DNA from: an uncultured Spirochaetaceae bacterium
Lineage (GTDB): Bacteria; Spirochaetota; Spirochaetia; DTKZ01
NCBI GenBank assembly: GCA_964397655.1
Contig: CAYNKA010000002.1
Coordinates: forward strand, 93,721 to 157,720
DNA: 64,000 bases
Reading direction: 5' to 3'
Shown: positions 50,927-60,965 of the stretch, piece after piece
How the letters are laid out: every line of letters begins with the position of its first letter
How positions within the stretch are numbered: position 1 is the first letter of the stretch
Notes under the pieces: model-generated
The model's input: the letters and a program-made list of their open reading frames with translations, nothing else
Database searches by the model: none
What the model was told of the DNA's origin: nothing
Made by a program: the position numbers and the translations under genes

Positions 50927-53058
50927 CGCGTGAGGAGGGGCAGGAATTCTTCGACCGCGACGGGACGGCTGAACAGGAAGCCCTGGCCGTAGTTGCAGCC
51001 CTGCTCCTTGAGAGCCTCGAGCTGGCCTTCGTTTTCAACACCTTCCGCGACGACCTTGAGGTTGAGGCTGTGGGCCATCGATATGATGGCGTTCACGATG
51101 GAAGCGTCGTTCGGGTCCTCGAGAAGGTCCTGAACGAAGGATTGATCGATCTTGAGGATGTCTATGGGGAGCTTCTTGAGATAGGTCAGGGAGGAATAGC
51201 CCGTGCCGAAATCGTCGATGCTGATGTTCACCCCCAGGTTCTTGAGCTGGTTCAGGATGCCGATGGAGGCATCGATGTTCTTTATGATGCTGTTCTCCGT
51301 TATCTCAACGGTCACGAGATGAGGATCTATTTGGGTTTCACGGAAGATGACCTTGAGGCGATCGAGCAGGTCGGGCTGGAGGAACTGCTTGGCCGAGAGG
51401 TTTATCGCCACGCGCAGCCCTTCGCCGCGCACGCCGTCGTTCCATGTCCTGTTCTGCCTGCACGCGGTCCTGAAGACCCATTCGCCGAGGGGATAGATCA
51501 GGCCGGTCTCCTCGGCCAGGGAGATGAACTGGACCGGCGGGATCAGGCCGCGTACCGGATCCTTCAGCCTCACCAGGGCCTCGCTGGAAACCACCTTCCC
51601 CGTCGCGAGTTCCACGATCGGCTGATAGTGCACGTGGAGCCAGTTCGACGAAAGGGCTTCGCGCAGCACGTTCTCCAGGGTGAGACGCCTGACCGCGCGC
51701 TCGTTCAGGTCGGACGTGAAGAATTGATAGGTGTTCTTGTCCTTCTCCTTCGCCTGAAGCAGGGCGAGGTCCACGCACTTGAGGAGAGTCTTGGCATCGG
51801 TTCCGTCGTCGGGAAAGAGGCTTATCCCCATGCTGGGGGTGACGTACACCGCGTTGCCGTCGATGTAGAAACCGCGCCTGAAACTCTGCAGGACGCGGCC
51901 TGCCACCTCCGTCACGTCGTCCGGCTTCTGGATGTCCGGCAGGAGGAGGGTGAACTCGTCCCCTCCCGTCCTCGCGAGCGTGTCGCCCGCCCTGATGACC
52001 TCGAGGAGACGCCTTCCCGCGTCCTTCAGGAGGAGGTCCCCCGCCGCGTGCCCGAGCGTGTCGTTGACCTTCTTGAAGTCGTCGAGATCGATGAGCATGA
52101 TGCCGAGCCTCCGCGATTTCCGCCCGGCCTGGGTAACCGCGAGGTTGAGCCGGTCGTTGAACAGGAGCCTGTTCGGCAGATCGGTGAGCTGATCGTAATA
52201 TGCGTTGTGCTCGATCTGCGCCTCCTTCTGTTTCAGCGCCCCAATGTCGCGGAAGATTCCGATGTAATAGCCTCTCCTCGCCTCTTCGTCTCGAACCGTG
52301 CTGATCGTGAGCCATTCCGGGTAAATGTCCCCGTTCTTTCGCCTGTTCCAGATTTCCCCCTGCCACCTCCCCTGCCGGTCGAGGCTGTCGCGCATTTCGG
52401 CGTAGAAATCCGGTCCATGTTTCCCCGAATGGAGGATTTTCGGCGTCTTTCCGACGACCTCCGGCTGTGAATAGCCGGTGATGGAATTGAAGGCGGGATT
52501 CACCATCTGTATCTCGAAATTCTCGTTGGTCACCATTACGCCTTCGGTCGAATTCTCGAAGATCTTCCCGGTTATCCTGATCTGACGCTCCGTTTCCCTT
52601 CTCGCGTTCAAGGTTTCCTCGATGAGTCTCGCGCTCGGTACGAATTCGCGCCGGTCGACCGGCTCGACCGGACAGGTGTCGGAGCCTTCTCCATACGGAT
52701 GGCTGAACAGCAGCTTCATGAGCGCATACCACCGGTCGGACAAAGCTCCGACGATCAAGGCGCAGAAGAAGATGACCGCTTGATCCAAGGAGTAGGACAG
52801 CCAATCCGAAGGAATTCGGGAATATTGCATCATGACGAAAAAAAGCATACCATTCACCAGCGAGAGCGCCAGTCCGCCGACTACGCCGAAGAAGACGGCC
52901 GACAGGATGACTGCGACGATGGGAAGCAGGTAGTAGCTCCGGAAGGGCGGGAATATGAGCGGAGCGAGGAGTACGAGACCGTAAGCGCTTGACACCAGTA
53001 CGGTTCGAAGGATGAATGCCTTGGCCGAATAACCGAAGCGGTACAAGCGTTCGTTCAC
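50923..53058 (-). CDS. Membrane-anchored PAS-GGDEF-EAL signalling protein
   Basis: N-terminal TM helices, a PAS domain, an intact GGDEF domain (ARTGGDEFTLLL) and an EAL domain (SSEALVRL). Confidence 0.85.
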   Translation of the reverse strand: MNERLYRFGYSAKAFILRTVLVSSAYGLVLLAPLIFPPFRSYYLLPIVAVILSAVFFGVVGGLALSLVNGMLFFVMMQYSRIPSDWLSYSLDQAVIFFCALIVGALSDRWYALMKLLFSHPYGEGSDTCPVEPVDRREFVPSARLIEETLNARRETERQIRITGKIFENSTEGVMVTNENFEIQMVNPAFNSITGYSQPEVVGKTPKILHSGKHGPDFYAEMRDSLDRQGRWQGEIWNRRKNGDIYPEWLTISTVRDEEARRGYYIGIFRDIGALKQKEAQIEHNAYYDQLTDLPNRLLFNDRLNLAVTQAGRKSRRLGIMLIDLDDFKKVNDTLGHAAGDLLLKDAGRRLLEVIRAGDTLARTGGDEFTLLLPDIQKPDDVTEVAGRVLQSFRRGFYIDGNAVYVTPSMGISLFPDDGTDAKTLLKCVDLALLQAKEKDKNTYQFFTSDLNERAVRRLTLENVLREALSSNWLHVHYQPIVELATGKVVSSEALVRLKDPVRGLIPPVQFISLAEETGLIYPLGEWVFRTACRQNRTWNDGVRGEGLRVAINLSAKQFLQPDLLDRLKVIFRETQIDPHLVTVEITENSIIKNIDASIGILNQLKNLGVNISIDDFGTGYSSLTYLKKLPIDILKIDQSFVQDLLEDPNDASIVNAIISMAHSLNLKVVAEGVENEGQLEALKEQGCNYGQGFLFSRPVAVEEFLPLLTR

Positions 53059-53143
53059 TCTCGAGACTCCTTACGGTATTTTCGAGATGGTATCATGGGC
53101 CATGTAAGTTGTCAATTGATATAATATATCCATTTTCTCCAAT

Positions 53144-53743
53144 TTGAAAGGCCACATGGGAATAGTCCGAAGCATGAAAAGTCAGTGCAGCCCAACGAAG
53201 GAAAAAATACCCGTACTCATGGGCATGAAGCATTGCGGGAAAACGACCTTGGGCACCCTTCTCGCAGCGAGTCTCGGGATTCCCTTCCTCGATCTCGACG
53301 ACCACGTCGAGGCTGCGGCCGCGACGGCCGAGGGACGGAGGACAGCAGTCAGGGACCTTTACCGAAGGCTCGGCAAGGACGGCTTCCGAGATCTCGAGCG
53401 CCGGGCCCTCGAGAAGATCGCGAGCGGCATCGAGACGGAGAAGACGTCCTTCGTACTCGCCCTCGGCGGAGGCACCATCGAGAATTCCGACGGACTCGCC
53501 GCCCTTGCGGACAGCGGCGTGTTCATATATCTTGAGGAGGAGGAAGGGACTCTGTTCCGGCGAATTCTCGCCGGGGGTCTGCCGCCCTTCCTTCAGGGAG
53601 ACGATCCCGAGGAGGCTTTTCGCCTCCTGTACGCTGAACGGACCGCCCTGTACAGGGCTCGCGCCGACATCGTGGTTCCCGTGCACGGACTCACCCCCGA
53701 AGAGGGAGTCGGGGCGATACTCGAAAAATTGAGGGAGAACTGA
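53144..53743 (+). CDS. aroK: Shikimate kinase (start uncertain)
   Basis: P-loop GMKHCGKTTLG and an overall AroK-like size. Adjacent to aroC. Confidence 0.7.
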   Translation: MKGHMGIVRSMKSQCSPTKEKIPVLMGMKHCGKTTLGTLLAASLGIPFLDLDDHVEAAAATAEGRRTAVRDLYRRLGKDGFRDLERRALEKIASGIETEKTSFVLALGGGTIENSDGLAALADSGVFIYLEEEEGTLFRRILAGGLPPFLQGDDPEEAFRLLYAERTALYRARADIVVPVHGLTPEEGVGAILEKLREN

Positions 53744-53745
53744 CC

Positions 53746-54801
53746 ATGGGCGGCAACAGCTTCGGCCTTCTCTATCGCGTCACCACCTACGGAGAATCCC
53801 ACGGCGGAGCGGTCGGCGTCGTCGTGGACGGCGTGCCGCCCGGCCTCGAGCTGTCGGAACGCGACGTCCAGGTCGAACTCGACCGCCGGAAACCGGGCCA
53901 GTCGGAGGTAGGAACACCCAGGAAGGAGGACGACAAGGTTTCCTTCCTTTCCGGCGTGTTCGAGGGCAAGACCACGGGCACCTCGCTCATGATGGTGCTC
54001 TATAATTCCGACGCCCGCCCCGAAGCCTATCTGGACATCAAGGACCTCTTCAGGCCGGGACACGCGGATTACACCTTTCTCAAGAAATACGGCATCCGCG
54101 ACTGGCGGGGATCGGGGCGGGCCTCGGGCAGGGAAACCGCCGCGAGGGTCGCTGCCGGGGCGGTCGCCAAGAAGATACTCCGGAGCCGAGGGATCGACGT
54201 CGTCGCCTACACGCTCAGGGCCGCGGGGGTCCAGTGCAGGAACTTCGACCGCGCCGTAATCGAAAAGAATCCGCTCCGCGCCTGCGACTCGGCCGCGGCG
54301 GAGGAGATGGTGCGGCGCGTCGCGCAGAGGAAGACCGAGGAGGACAGCGTCGGAGGAATCGTGGAATGCCGCATCACGGGAGTCCCCGCGGGCCTCGGGG
54401 AACCGGTGTTCGACAAACTCGACGCCGAACTCGCCCACGCAATGCTCTCCATAGGTGCGGTGAAGGGCATCGAATTCGGCGCAGGTTTCCGGGCCGCAGA
54501 CATGACCGGTTCCGAGCACAACGATCCAATGGACGCTTCCGGCTTTCTTTCCAACAACGCGGGGGGAATCCTGGGCGGCATCTCCACGGGCGAGGAGATC
54601 CTCTTCCGAATCGCCGTCAAGCCGACGTCCTCGATAGCGAAGCCGCAGAGAACCGTGGACACGGAGGGGCGCGAACGCACGATCCGGACCGAGGGCCGCC
54701 ACGACGCCTGCATCTGCCCGCGCATCGTCCCCGTCGTGGAAGCCATGGCTGCGATCGTCGTGGAGGATCATTACAAGCGCCAGGCGGCGCTCCGCGCATA
54801 G
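53746..54801 (+). CDS. aroC: Chorismate synthase
   Basis: N-terminal GNSFGLLYRVTTYGESHGGAVG and length 351 aa. Confidence 0.9.
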   Translation: MGGNSFGLLYRVTTYGESHGGAVGVVVDGVPPGLELSERDVQVELDRRKPGQSEVGTPRKEDDKVSFLSGVFEGKTTGTSLMMVLYNSDARPEAYLDIKDLFRPGHADYTFLKKYGIRDWRGSGRASGRETAARVAAGAVAKKILRSRGIDVVAYTLRAAGVQCRNFDRAVIEKNPLRACDSAAAEEMVRRVAQRKTEEDSVGGIVECRITGVPAGLGEPVFDKLDAELAHAMLSIGAVKGIEFGAGFRAADMTGSEHNDPMDASGFLSNNAGGILGGISTGEEILFRIAVKPTSSIAKPQRTVDTEGRERTIRTEGRHDACICPRIVPVVEAMAAIVVEDHYKRQAALRA

Positions 54802-54828
54802 GGGACCGGGCGCGGCTCCGGGTCGGGT

Positions 54829-54863
54829 TAAAAAAAACCGGCCGGGAAGCCCTTCCCGGCCGG
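54829..54863 (-). terminator. Rho-independent terminator downstream of the rubredoxin gene
   Basis: On the minus strand, the stem CCGGCCGGGAAG-ggc-CTTCCCGGCCGG is followed by TTTTTTTT. Confidence 0.55.
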
Positions 54864-54887
54864 TCGGCGGTCGCTCGGCGACGCGGA

Positions 54888-55049
54888 TCAGTTCATCGGA
54901 GAAAAGTCGCTCTTCGCCGCCCCGCACATGGGACACACCCAGTCTTCGGGAAGGGATTCGAAGGGGGTTCCCGGCTTCACGCCGTTGTCGGGATCGCCCT
55001 CTGCCGGGTCGTAGATGTAGCCGCACACGTCGCAAACGTATTTCTTCAT
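54888..55049 (-). CDS. Rubredoxin
   Basis: Length 53 aa with two CxxCG knuckles (CDVCG, CPMCG). Confidence 0.9.
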   Translation of the reverse strand: MKKYVCDVCGYIYDPAEGDPDNGVKPGTPFESLPEDWVCPMCGAAKSDFSPMN

Positions 55050-55066
55050 GATCGACTCCTTACACC

Positions 55067-55441
55067 TCAGTCTTTCCAGAGACCGTGGACATTGCAATAT
55101 TCCCGCGCCGAGACCTTCGAAGCGCTGACGCAGAATTCCGCCTGGGGCTGATCGCCGGGTTTCAAGTATTTCTTGTACCGTACTCCGTCGGCCGAAAGCT
55201 CGATCCACTCGATGTAGTGGTTGTCCGCCATGGGATGGAGGGTGGACCCGACCGTGACCTTGTACCCGTTCGCGGTTTTTTCCACGACCGGAACGTGCTT
55301 CTCGGTCGTCTTGTCCGCACTTTTCTCGTCCATGAGTTTCATGGGTTTGCCGCAGCAGACGAGTTCCCCTTCCCCCGCATGCAGCACCTCGACGATGTTG
55401 CCGCAGAGTTCGCACTTGTAAACCTGAGTCACTTTCGTCAT
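55067..55441 (-). CDS. dfx: Desulfoferrodoxin (2Fe superoxide reductase)
   Basis: N-terminal desulforedoxin motif (CELCGN ... CCG) and a SOR centre II region (HYIEWIEL). Confidence 0.9.
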   Translation of the reverse strand: MTKVTQVYKCELCGNIVEVLHAGEGELVCCGKPMKLMDEKSADKTTEKHVPVVEKTANGYKVTVGSTLHPMADNHYIEWIELSADGVRYKKYLKPGDQPQAEFCVSASKVSAREYCNVHGLWKD

Positions 55442-55460
55442 GACAGTCCTCCCTTTTCTC

Positions 55461-56036
55461 TCACCAATTCTCGCCGAGAAGCTCGAAATAGGCCTGGGGA
55501 TGAGCGCAGGCGGGGCAGGCTTTCGGGGCCTCGACGGCTTCCATGATGTAGCCGCAGTTGAGGCAGCGCCATACCACCTTCTTGTCCTTCTTGAAGGCCT
55601 GTCCCTTGTCGATGTTCGCCTTCAGGCCGTTGAAGCGCTTCTCGTGCTGTTTCTCGGCGACGGCGATCGATTCGAACACGGTCGCGATGGCCTCGTAGCC
55701 TTCTTCCCTTGCGGTCTTCGCGAAAGACGGATACATGTCCGTCCATTCGTAGTACTCGCCGGCGGCACCGGCCTTCAGGTTCTCGGAGGTGGAAGCGATG
55801 ACTCCGGCCGGAAAGGCCGCGGAGATTTCGACTTCCCCGCCCTCGAGGAACTTGAACAGCCGTTTGGCGTGCTCCTTTTCCTGGTCCGCGGTTTCTTCGA
55901 ACACCCTGGACACCTGGATATATCCCTCCTCTCGGGCTTTGCTGGCGAAATAGGTGTACCTGTTCCGCGCCTGGGATTCACCCGCGAAGGCAGTAAGGAT
56001 GTTCCGTTCGGTCTTCGAACCCTTAAGACTTTTCAT
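55461..56036 (-). CDS. rbr: Rubrerythrin
   Basis: Ferritin-like diiron domain ([10 protein letters not shown]) and a C-terminal rubredoxin-like CxxC x2 (CLNCG, CPAC). Confidence 0.9.
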   Translation of the reverse strand: MKSLKGSKTERNILTAFAGESQARNRYTYFASKAREEGYIQVSRVFEETADQEKEHAKRLFKFLEGGEVEISAAFPAGVIASTSENLKAGAAGEYYEWTDMYPSFAKTAREEGYEAIATVFESIAVAEKQHEKRFNGLKANIDKGQAFKKDKKVVWRCLNCGYIMEAVEAPKACPACAHPQAYFELLGENW

Positions 56037-56169
56037 AGTGGACTCCTTCCATTGTTACGGTTTAGACGGAGGGGTTTTCAATGAACGCCGTCGCGTCCCG
56101 GGCTCGTCTTTTCACGCGGAAATCGCCCGGCTTCGAACGATTGTTTTGAAAAACCTCGGTCTTCCTGTA

Positions 56170-57012
56170 TTATCGCAAAAGATCGGATAAATTTCCATGC
56201 GCTGAGAGCGATTTTCGGAGGTATTTTCCCTCAGGATGGAGTCCGAGCCGGCTCAATGAAAAATCGAACCGTACGGGATCCCGCGGATCGATCTCCCGGA
56301 AGGCTGCGGTGAGTTCGACCGCGGCCCTGAGATCCGCTTGCTTTCGCCCGATGAGGCCGAGCTCCAGGGCGAAGGCGTGCATGTGCGTATCGAGGGGAAC
56401 GATCAGCATGCCGGGGTCAACGGCGGTCCAGCCTCCGGGATCGACCGAATCCTTCCTCACCATCCAGCGGAGAAAGAGGTTGAGCCGTTTGGCAGCCCCT
56501 CCCCTGCCGGGATCGGAAAGGAGGATTCCGGTATCGGCCGGGGACCTCCGCTCGAAGGCTTCGAAGAACGAACGGAGCGCGGGGAGCACGGTCTCCTGCC
56601 CGTCGCGGAGCCCGCTCGCGAAGCAGGCCTCGAGGGAACCGTAGTCCCGGACGACGGCAGCCGCGGCTTCGAGGAACGAGGCGAGCTTCCCGGCGTCGAA
56701 AAACCGGTACCTGAAGCCGTAAAACCTCTTCCCCAACTCGCCCGGGCGCAGGGAGAGGAGTTCCTCGCCCGGACGGGGGCCGAAGGCCCCGAGGACCCGC
56801 TCGCAGGCGTCGAGGATGGAGGCCACCCTTCCCAGGGCGAGGCTCGAACAGACGAGCGCCGCTATTTCCCGGTCCTCCGTCCTGTCGTAACGTCTCACGG
56901 GCAGGAGAGGATCGGGGTCGATGTATTCGGGCTTGTGGAACCGCGCGTACACCGCGCGGAGGAAATCCGCGACGCCTTCCCTACTGGAGCCTGAGGAGAT
57001 CGAGGAATTCAT
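56170..57012 (-). CDS. TIGR02757/DUF2400-family conserved hypothetical protein
   Basis: Conserved stretch KRLNLFLRWMVRKDSVD.G.W, which I recall from that family. Confidence 0.5.
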   Translation of the reverse strand: MNSSISSGSSREGVADFLRAVYARFHKPEYIDPDPLLPVRRYDRTEDREIAALVCSSLALGRVASILDACERVLGAFGPRPGEELLSLRPGELGKRFYGFRYRFFDAGKLASFLEAAAAVVRDYGSLEACFASGLRDGQETVLPALRSFFEAFERRSPADTGILLSDPGRGGAAKRLNLFLRWMVRKDSVDPGGWTAVDPGMLIVPLDTHMHAFALELGLIGRKQADLRAAVELTAAFREIDPRDPVRFDFSLSRLGLHPEGKYLRKSLSAHGNLSDLLR

Positions 57013-57415
57013 CGTGCTTTCGTTCCAGGATGAAGCGGAATTCGGCTGTCCCGCCCCCCTCGGTCCTGTATTCGACGACGACGGCCGGCATGGAGGAGGA
57101 AAAAAGCCTCAGCCACCATTTCTTCTTCGCGAGGATCTCCACCCTCACGAACGTGTCCCTCGGCACCGAAAAAGTCTCCGGATCGTCCACGGTCGGCGAT
57201 CCGCCGAACCCGAAGACGGACAGCTTTCCGCTCTTGGGGAAATGGCGGAAGAAAAGCCTGGTCTGCGTTATGTAGAAGAGACCCCAGATCGGCACGGGTT
57301 GCTTCTCTCCCATCGGCGTCAGGCTCTGCCCGAGGGTATAGAAGAGAATCTTTTCTCCGATCTCCCTCTCGAGGTTGGCCCAATACTGCTCGGGATTCTT
57401 GGTCGTTTCGCTCAT
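56981..57415 (-). CDS. Hypothetical protein
   Basis: ORF of ~144 aa if it starts at MSETTKN. No recognized motif. Confidence 0.35.
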   Translation of the reverse strand: MSETTKNPEQYWANLEREIGEKILFYTLGQSLTPMGEKQPVPIWGLFYITQTRLFFRHFPKSGKLSVFGFGGSPTVDDPETFSVPRDTFVRVEILAKKKWWLRLFSSSMPAVVVEYRTEGGGTAEFRFILERKHDEFLDLLRLQ

Positions 57416-57449
57416 ACCGGAAACATAGTAGCGGCGAAGCCCGGTTCCG

Positions 57450-58079
57450 TCAATCCAAGTCCTTGTCACGGCCGATGTAGATGAGCGGCAGACTCAGCAG
57501 GGTGATCCCGAATTTCACGAAGAAATTCATGAGGAAGATGTCGAGAACCGCGCCCCAGGAAAGGGCGAAGGCGAAAGCGCCGAGGGAGAACACCGCGGTG
57601 TCCAGCGGTACGCTCACCGAGTTGCTCACGAGGACCCTGAGCCATTTCATGCGCTTCGTCACCTTCGTGACGAACCAATGGTAGACTTCGGTATCCGCGA
57701 GTTCGCTCGCGATCTGGGCCCCTATCGAGGCGATGACGAGCCTCCATACCGGACTGAAGATCGCCCTGAACTGCTCCCCGAGGCCCCACGAGGAGTCGTC
57801 CGGGACCATCGAGGCGAAAAGGAGATAGGCCGCCATGAAGAGGTTGACGAGCCCGGCGACGACTACGAGAACCCGTGCGTTCTTCCTTCCCACGGTCTTG
57901 TGCACGAGATCCCTGAGGGTGAAGGTGACGGGATAGATGAAGGTCCCCATGTCCACGGCAAGCCCCGCGACCACGCCGATCTTCAGGCTCGCCACGTTGG
58001 CCACCATCTGTGCCGCCGTGTAGAGGGAAAGGAAAACGACCGCAGTCGGGGAGACCGGGGTTTCGCGATTGGAAGACAT
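57450..58079 (-). CDS. Queuosine-precursor transporter YhhQ/VUT-family membrane protein
   Basis: About six TM helices and a size and pattern typical of DUF165/YhhQ. Confidence 0.6.
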   Translation of the reverse strand: MSSNRETPVSPTAVVFLSLYTAAQMVANVASLKIGVVAGLAVDMGTFIYPVTFTLRDLVHKTVGRKNARVLVVVAGLVNLFMAAYLLFASMVPDDSSWGLGEQFRAIFSPVWRLVIASIGAQIASELADTEVYHWFVTKVTKRMKWLRVLVSNSVSVPLDTAVFSLGAFAFALSWGAVLDIFLMNFFVKFGITLLSLPLIYIGRDKDLD

Positions 58080-58264
58080 GATCGACTCCTTGTTTTTTAT
58101 GGCGGGTATCCGCGACCGCCGCGCCTCCTTCTTCGGAGACGCAGGTGCATCCTATCCGAAAACGCCGAGAGCTGCAACGGAGAACGGAGGCGAAGAAGAA
58201 CGGAGTCGCGGGATTTGGAGGTTTCCGGGATTGTGGGTATAATTAAATCAGGAGGAACGAGGTC

Positions 58265-58621
58265 ATGTCGTTTTGCCTGCTGGATGGAGATCAGAAGACC
58301 TTCGAATATTTCAAGAAATACGTCGAATACCTCGAAAGACACGAGGGCAGCTGTTTCGACCTCGACAACGAGATTCAAGCCGGCGAGATCCGGAACCATC
58401 TGCTCAGAAACGGATTCTCGCAGGACGACGTCGACGAAAAGATACGTTGGATAAGGCTGAACGCGAAGCCCTTCAGGGACTACCTCAACACGATCAAGCT
58501 GGCCTACGTAGTTTGGAAATGCAACGGCAAGGATTGGAAGGATATCGAATGGAAGGATTTCCAGACCCTTTCCGACGAAATAAACAAGCTCAAACTCGTC
58601 TGCCTCGACACCATTTTCTGA
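58265..58621 (+). CDS. Hypothetical protein
   Basis: ORF of 118 aa with a plausible start context. Confidence 0.4.
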   Translation: MSFCLLDGDQKTFEYFKKYVEYLERHEGSCFDLDNEIQAGEIRNHLLRNGFSQDDVDEKIRWIRLNAKPFRDYLNTIKLAYVVWKCNGKDWKDIEWKDFQTLSDEINKLKLVCLDTIF

Positions 58622-58643
58622 CCCGCCGAACGAGGGTATCGCC

Positions 58644-59399
58644 ATGTATTACGGAATCATCGCCTGCAACGTCTTTTTCCGGGAAATCTGCCTCTGCGCC
58701 GCACGGAGCCCCCATGTTCTCGACCTCTGCTTCACCGAAAAGGGGGATCACGAGGACCCGAGCAGACTGAGGTCGATCATCGAAGAAAGGATCGCGGAAT
58801 CCGAAAAATCGGGGAAGGCCTACGACGCTCTGCTTCTCGGCTACGGGCTGTGCGGAAATTCTCTCGCGGGAATCAGGAGCGGGAAATTCCCCCTGGTGAT
58901 CCCCAGGGCCCACGACTGCTGCACAGTCTTCCTCGGCTCCAAGGAAAGGTTCCGCGAGCACTTCCGCGACAATCCTTCCCGTCCTTTCACGAGCTCAGGC
59001 TACCGGGAGCGGGGAGCCTCGAGGCTCAATACGTCGGGAACCGGACGGTTCCTGGGTCTCGACAAGAGCTACGAGGAATACGTCGGCCTCTACGGGGAGG
59101 AGAACGCGCGATACATCATGGAGACCCTCGCTCCGGCCAGGGAGGAAGGTGACGGCAAGGAACTCGTCTTCATCGACGTTCCGGAGACTTCGTTCACGGG
59201 CCATGCGGACCTGTGCAGGAAGGAGGCCGAGGAGGCTGGAAAGGACTTCGTCCTACTGGAAGGCGACATCCGCATAATCCGCAACCTCGTCGACGGCGCC
59301 TGGGATCCCGCGGATTTCCTCGTCCTCGAGCCCGGCCAAGCGATCAACCCGGTGTACGATTGGAACGAGATCGTCCGCGCCGTCAAGCCAGCAGACTGA
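58644..59399 (+). CDS. DUF1638-domain protein
   Basis: Signature LLGYGLCGN, a hallmark I recall from that family. Confidence 0.5.
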   Translation: MYYGIIACNVFFREICLCAARSPHVLDLCFTEKGDHEDPSRLRSIIEERIAESEKSGKAYDALLLGYGLCGNSLAGIRSGKFPLVIPRAHDCCTVFLGSKERFREHFRDNPSRPFTSSGYRERGASRLNTSGTGRFLGLDKSYEEYVGLYGEENARYIMETLAPAREEGDGKELVFIDVPETSFTGHADLCRKEAEEAGKDFVLLEGDIRIIRNLVDGAWDPADFLVLEPGQAINPVYDWNEIVRAVKPAD

Positions 59400-60426
59400 T
59401 TCGCGTGAAGATGTAGTCCAGCGTGTCCTCCTTGATGACGGCTCTCCTGTAGCTCGTTCCGGGGAGGTCCTCCGCCTCGCGGTAGCGGTCGGAGACCGCG
59501 AAATCGAACCAATGGACGAGACGGATCATCCCGTCCGCGATCTCGATGCAGGTCATGCCCCTTTTACCGGTGACGCAGCCGGAGTTGAAGATGCAGGGTA
59601 TCGCGAAATGCCGCTCGTAGAGGCTGCCGGGCAGGACATCCTTCCCATCCCTCGCGAGGAGCCTCCGCAGTTCGGACTTTATCCCCTCGATTTCCGAGGC
59701 GATGGCGATCTTCTCCTCCTCCCCCTGCTCGGGATAGCTGCGGCAGAGCTCCTCGATTCGGAATTTCAGGGCATCAACCTTCGACAACGACTCGAAAAGA
59801 GGCCTGTGCGTATGGCCGATGACGGAGAGGATCTTTTCGGAGCTCGAAAACTTGTACACCCGTTTTTCAATCTTGTATTTCCGCCTCGAATCGTGGGCCA
59901 CCGAGTCGTTCATGACGCCGAGGGGGCGGGTGAGGTATCGGACGAGGATTCCCAGGTACTTGTTGTACCTCGCGAACGCGGATGAGGCTTGATGGCCGTG
60001 AAAAAGGAAAATCGTGTTCCCTTTATAGTTCAGCCGGAAGGCTTCGATCGCGTCACCGCGGACGGAATCAGGTTTCAGCTGGAACGGTTCGTCATGGTTG
60101 CCCCAAATTCTGACGAGACGGCCTTCATTCCTGAATCGATCGAAGAGGCTGCGGACGCCCTCCCATGCCTTCCCGATGCTCCGACCGGGGAATTTCTGCA
60201 GGTCCTCGATGTCGCCGTTCAGGACGAGGGAGTAGCCCTTCGGACCGTAATACCGCGATACCGCGGAGGAGAACAGGTCCGCGTTTCCCAGGAAATCGTC
60301 GTTACTGCCGCCGTTTCCCATGTGGAGGTCGCTGAATACGACTATCCTGTCGTCGTCTCCTATCGTCCGGGACGGCGAGCGGCGAAGCAGGTCCCGAAGG
60401 TAGTCGAAGATATATGCCTTCTTCAT
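59383..60426 (-). CDS. Calcineurin-like metallophosphoesterase (possible cyclic-nucleotide phosphodiesterase)
   Basis: Metallophosphoesterase motifs DLHMGNG, GDIEDL, GNHD and GHTH. Confidence 0.7.
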   Translation of the reverse strand: MKKAYIFDYLRDLLRRSPSRTIGDDDRIVVFSDLHMGNGGSNDDFLGNADLFSSAVSRYYGPKGYSLVLNGDIEDLQKFPGRSIGKAWEGVRSLFDRFRNEGRLVRIWGNHDEPFQLKPDSVRGDAIEAFRLNYKGNTIFLFHGHQASSAFARYNKYLGILVRYLTRPLGVMNDSVAHDSRRKYKIEKRVYKFSSSEKILSVIGHTHRPLFESLSKVDALKFRIEELCRSYPEQGEEEKIAIASEIEGIKSELRRLLARDGKDVLPGSLYERHFAIPCIFNSGCVTGKRGMTCIEIADGMIRLVHWFDFAVSDRYREAEDLPGTSYRRAVIKEDTLDYIFTRISLLA

Positions 60427-60471
60427 ACGGCGGTAGTATCTTCTCGAAAAATGAGAATTGCGTTAATTCCG

Positions 60472-60963
60472 TCAGGTCTGAATCTCGTTCACCAGGGCGT
60501 CGAAGATGGTGAGCATGTCCTGGGTCGTCTTCCGCAGCCTCCCGGCGAGGATCTTCGCGATCGATCGGGTGATGGGAAGGACGATCTCCGGATTCGACCT
60601 GCCGAGGGAGATGAAGTCCTCCTTCGTGATGACGATGAACTCGGAATCCTCGACCGCGATCACCGTGGCCGACCTGCTGTCGTCGTCCACGAGGGCGAGC
60701 TCGCCGAAAAAGACGTTGTGCTCGGCCCTGAGCTTGACCACCGTGTAGGAATCTCCCGCCCTGGTCCGCTTCCGGATCTCCACGCCGCCTCTGTAGACGA
60801 TGAACATCTCCGAGCCGACCTCGCCCTCCCGGAAAATGGTATCGTCGCGGGCGAAGCGTTTGATCCTGCAGATGCCCTGGAACTTGTCGAGGGCAGCGGG
60901 CTGGTCCTTTATCTCGTCGAAGATGGCGATGTTCTTGAGCCTTTCGAGCACTTCGTTTTCCAT
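60472..60963 (-). CDS. Stand-alone cyclic nucleotide-binding domain protein
   Basis: Length 163 aa with a cNMP-binding fold (FGELAL ... RSATVIA). It begins 3 nt after the upstream channel gene's stop. Confidence 0.75.
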   Translation of the reverse strand: MENEVLERLKNIAIFDEIKDQPAALDKFQGICRIKRFARDDTIFREGEVGSEMFIVYRGGVEIRKRTRAGDSYTVVKLRAEHNVFFGELALVDDDSRSATVIAVEDSEFIVITKEDFISLGRSNPEIVLPITRSIAKILAGRLRKTTQDMLTIFDALVNEIQT

Positions 60964-60965
60964 GA

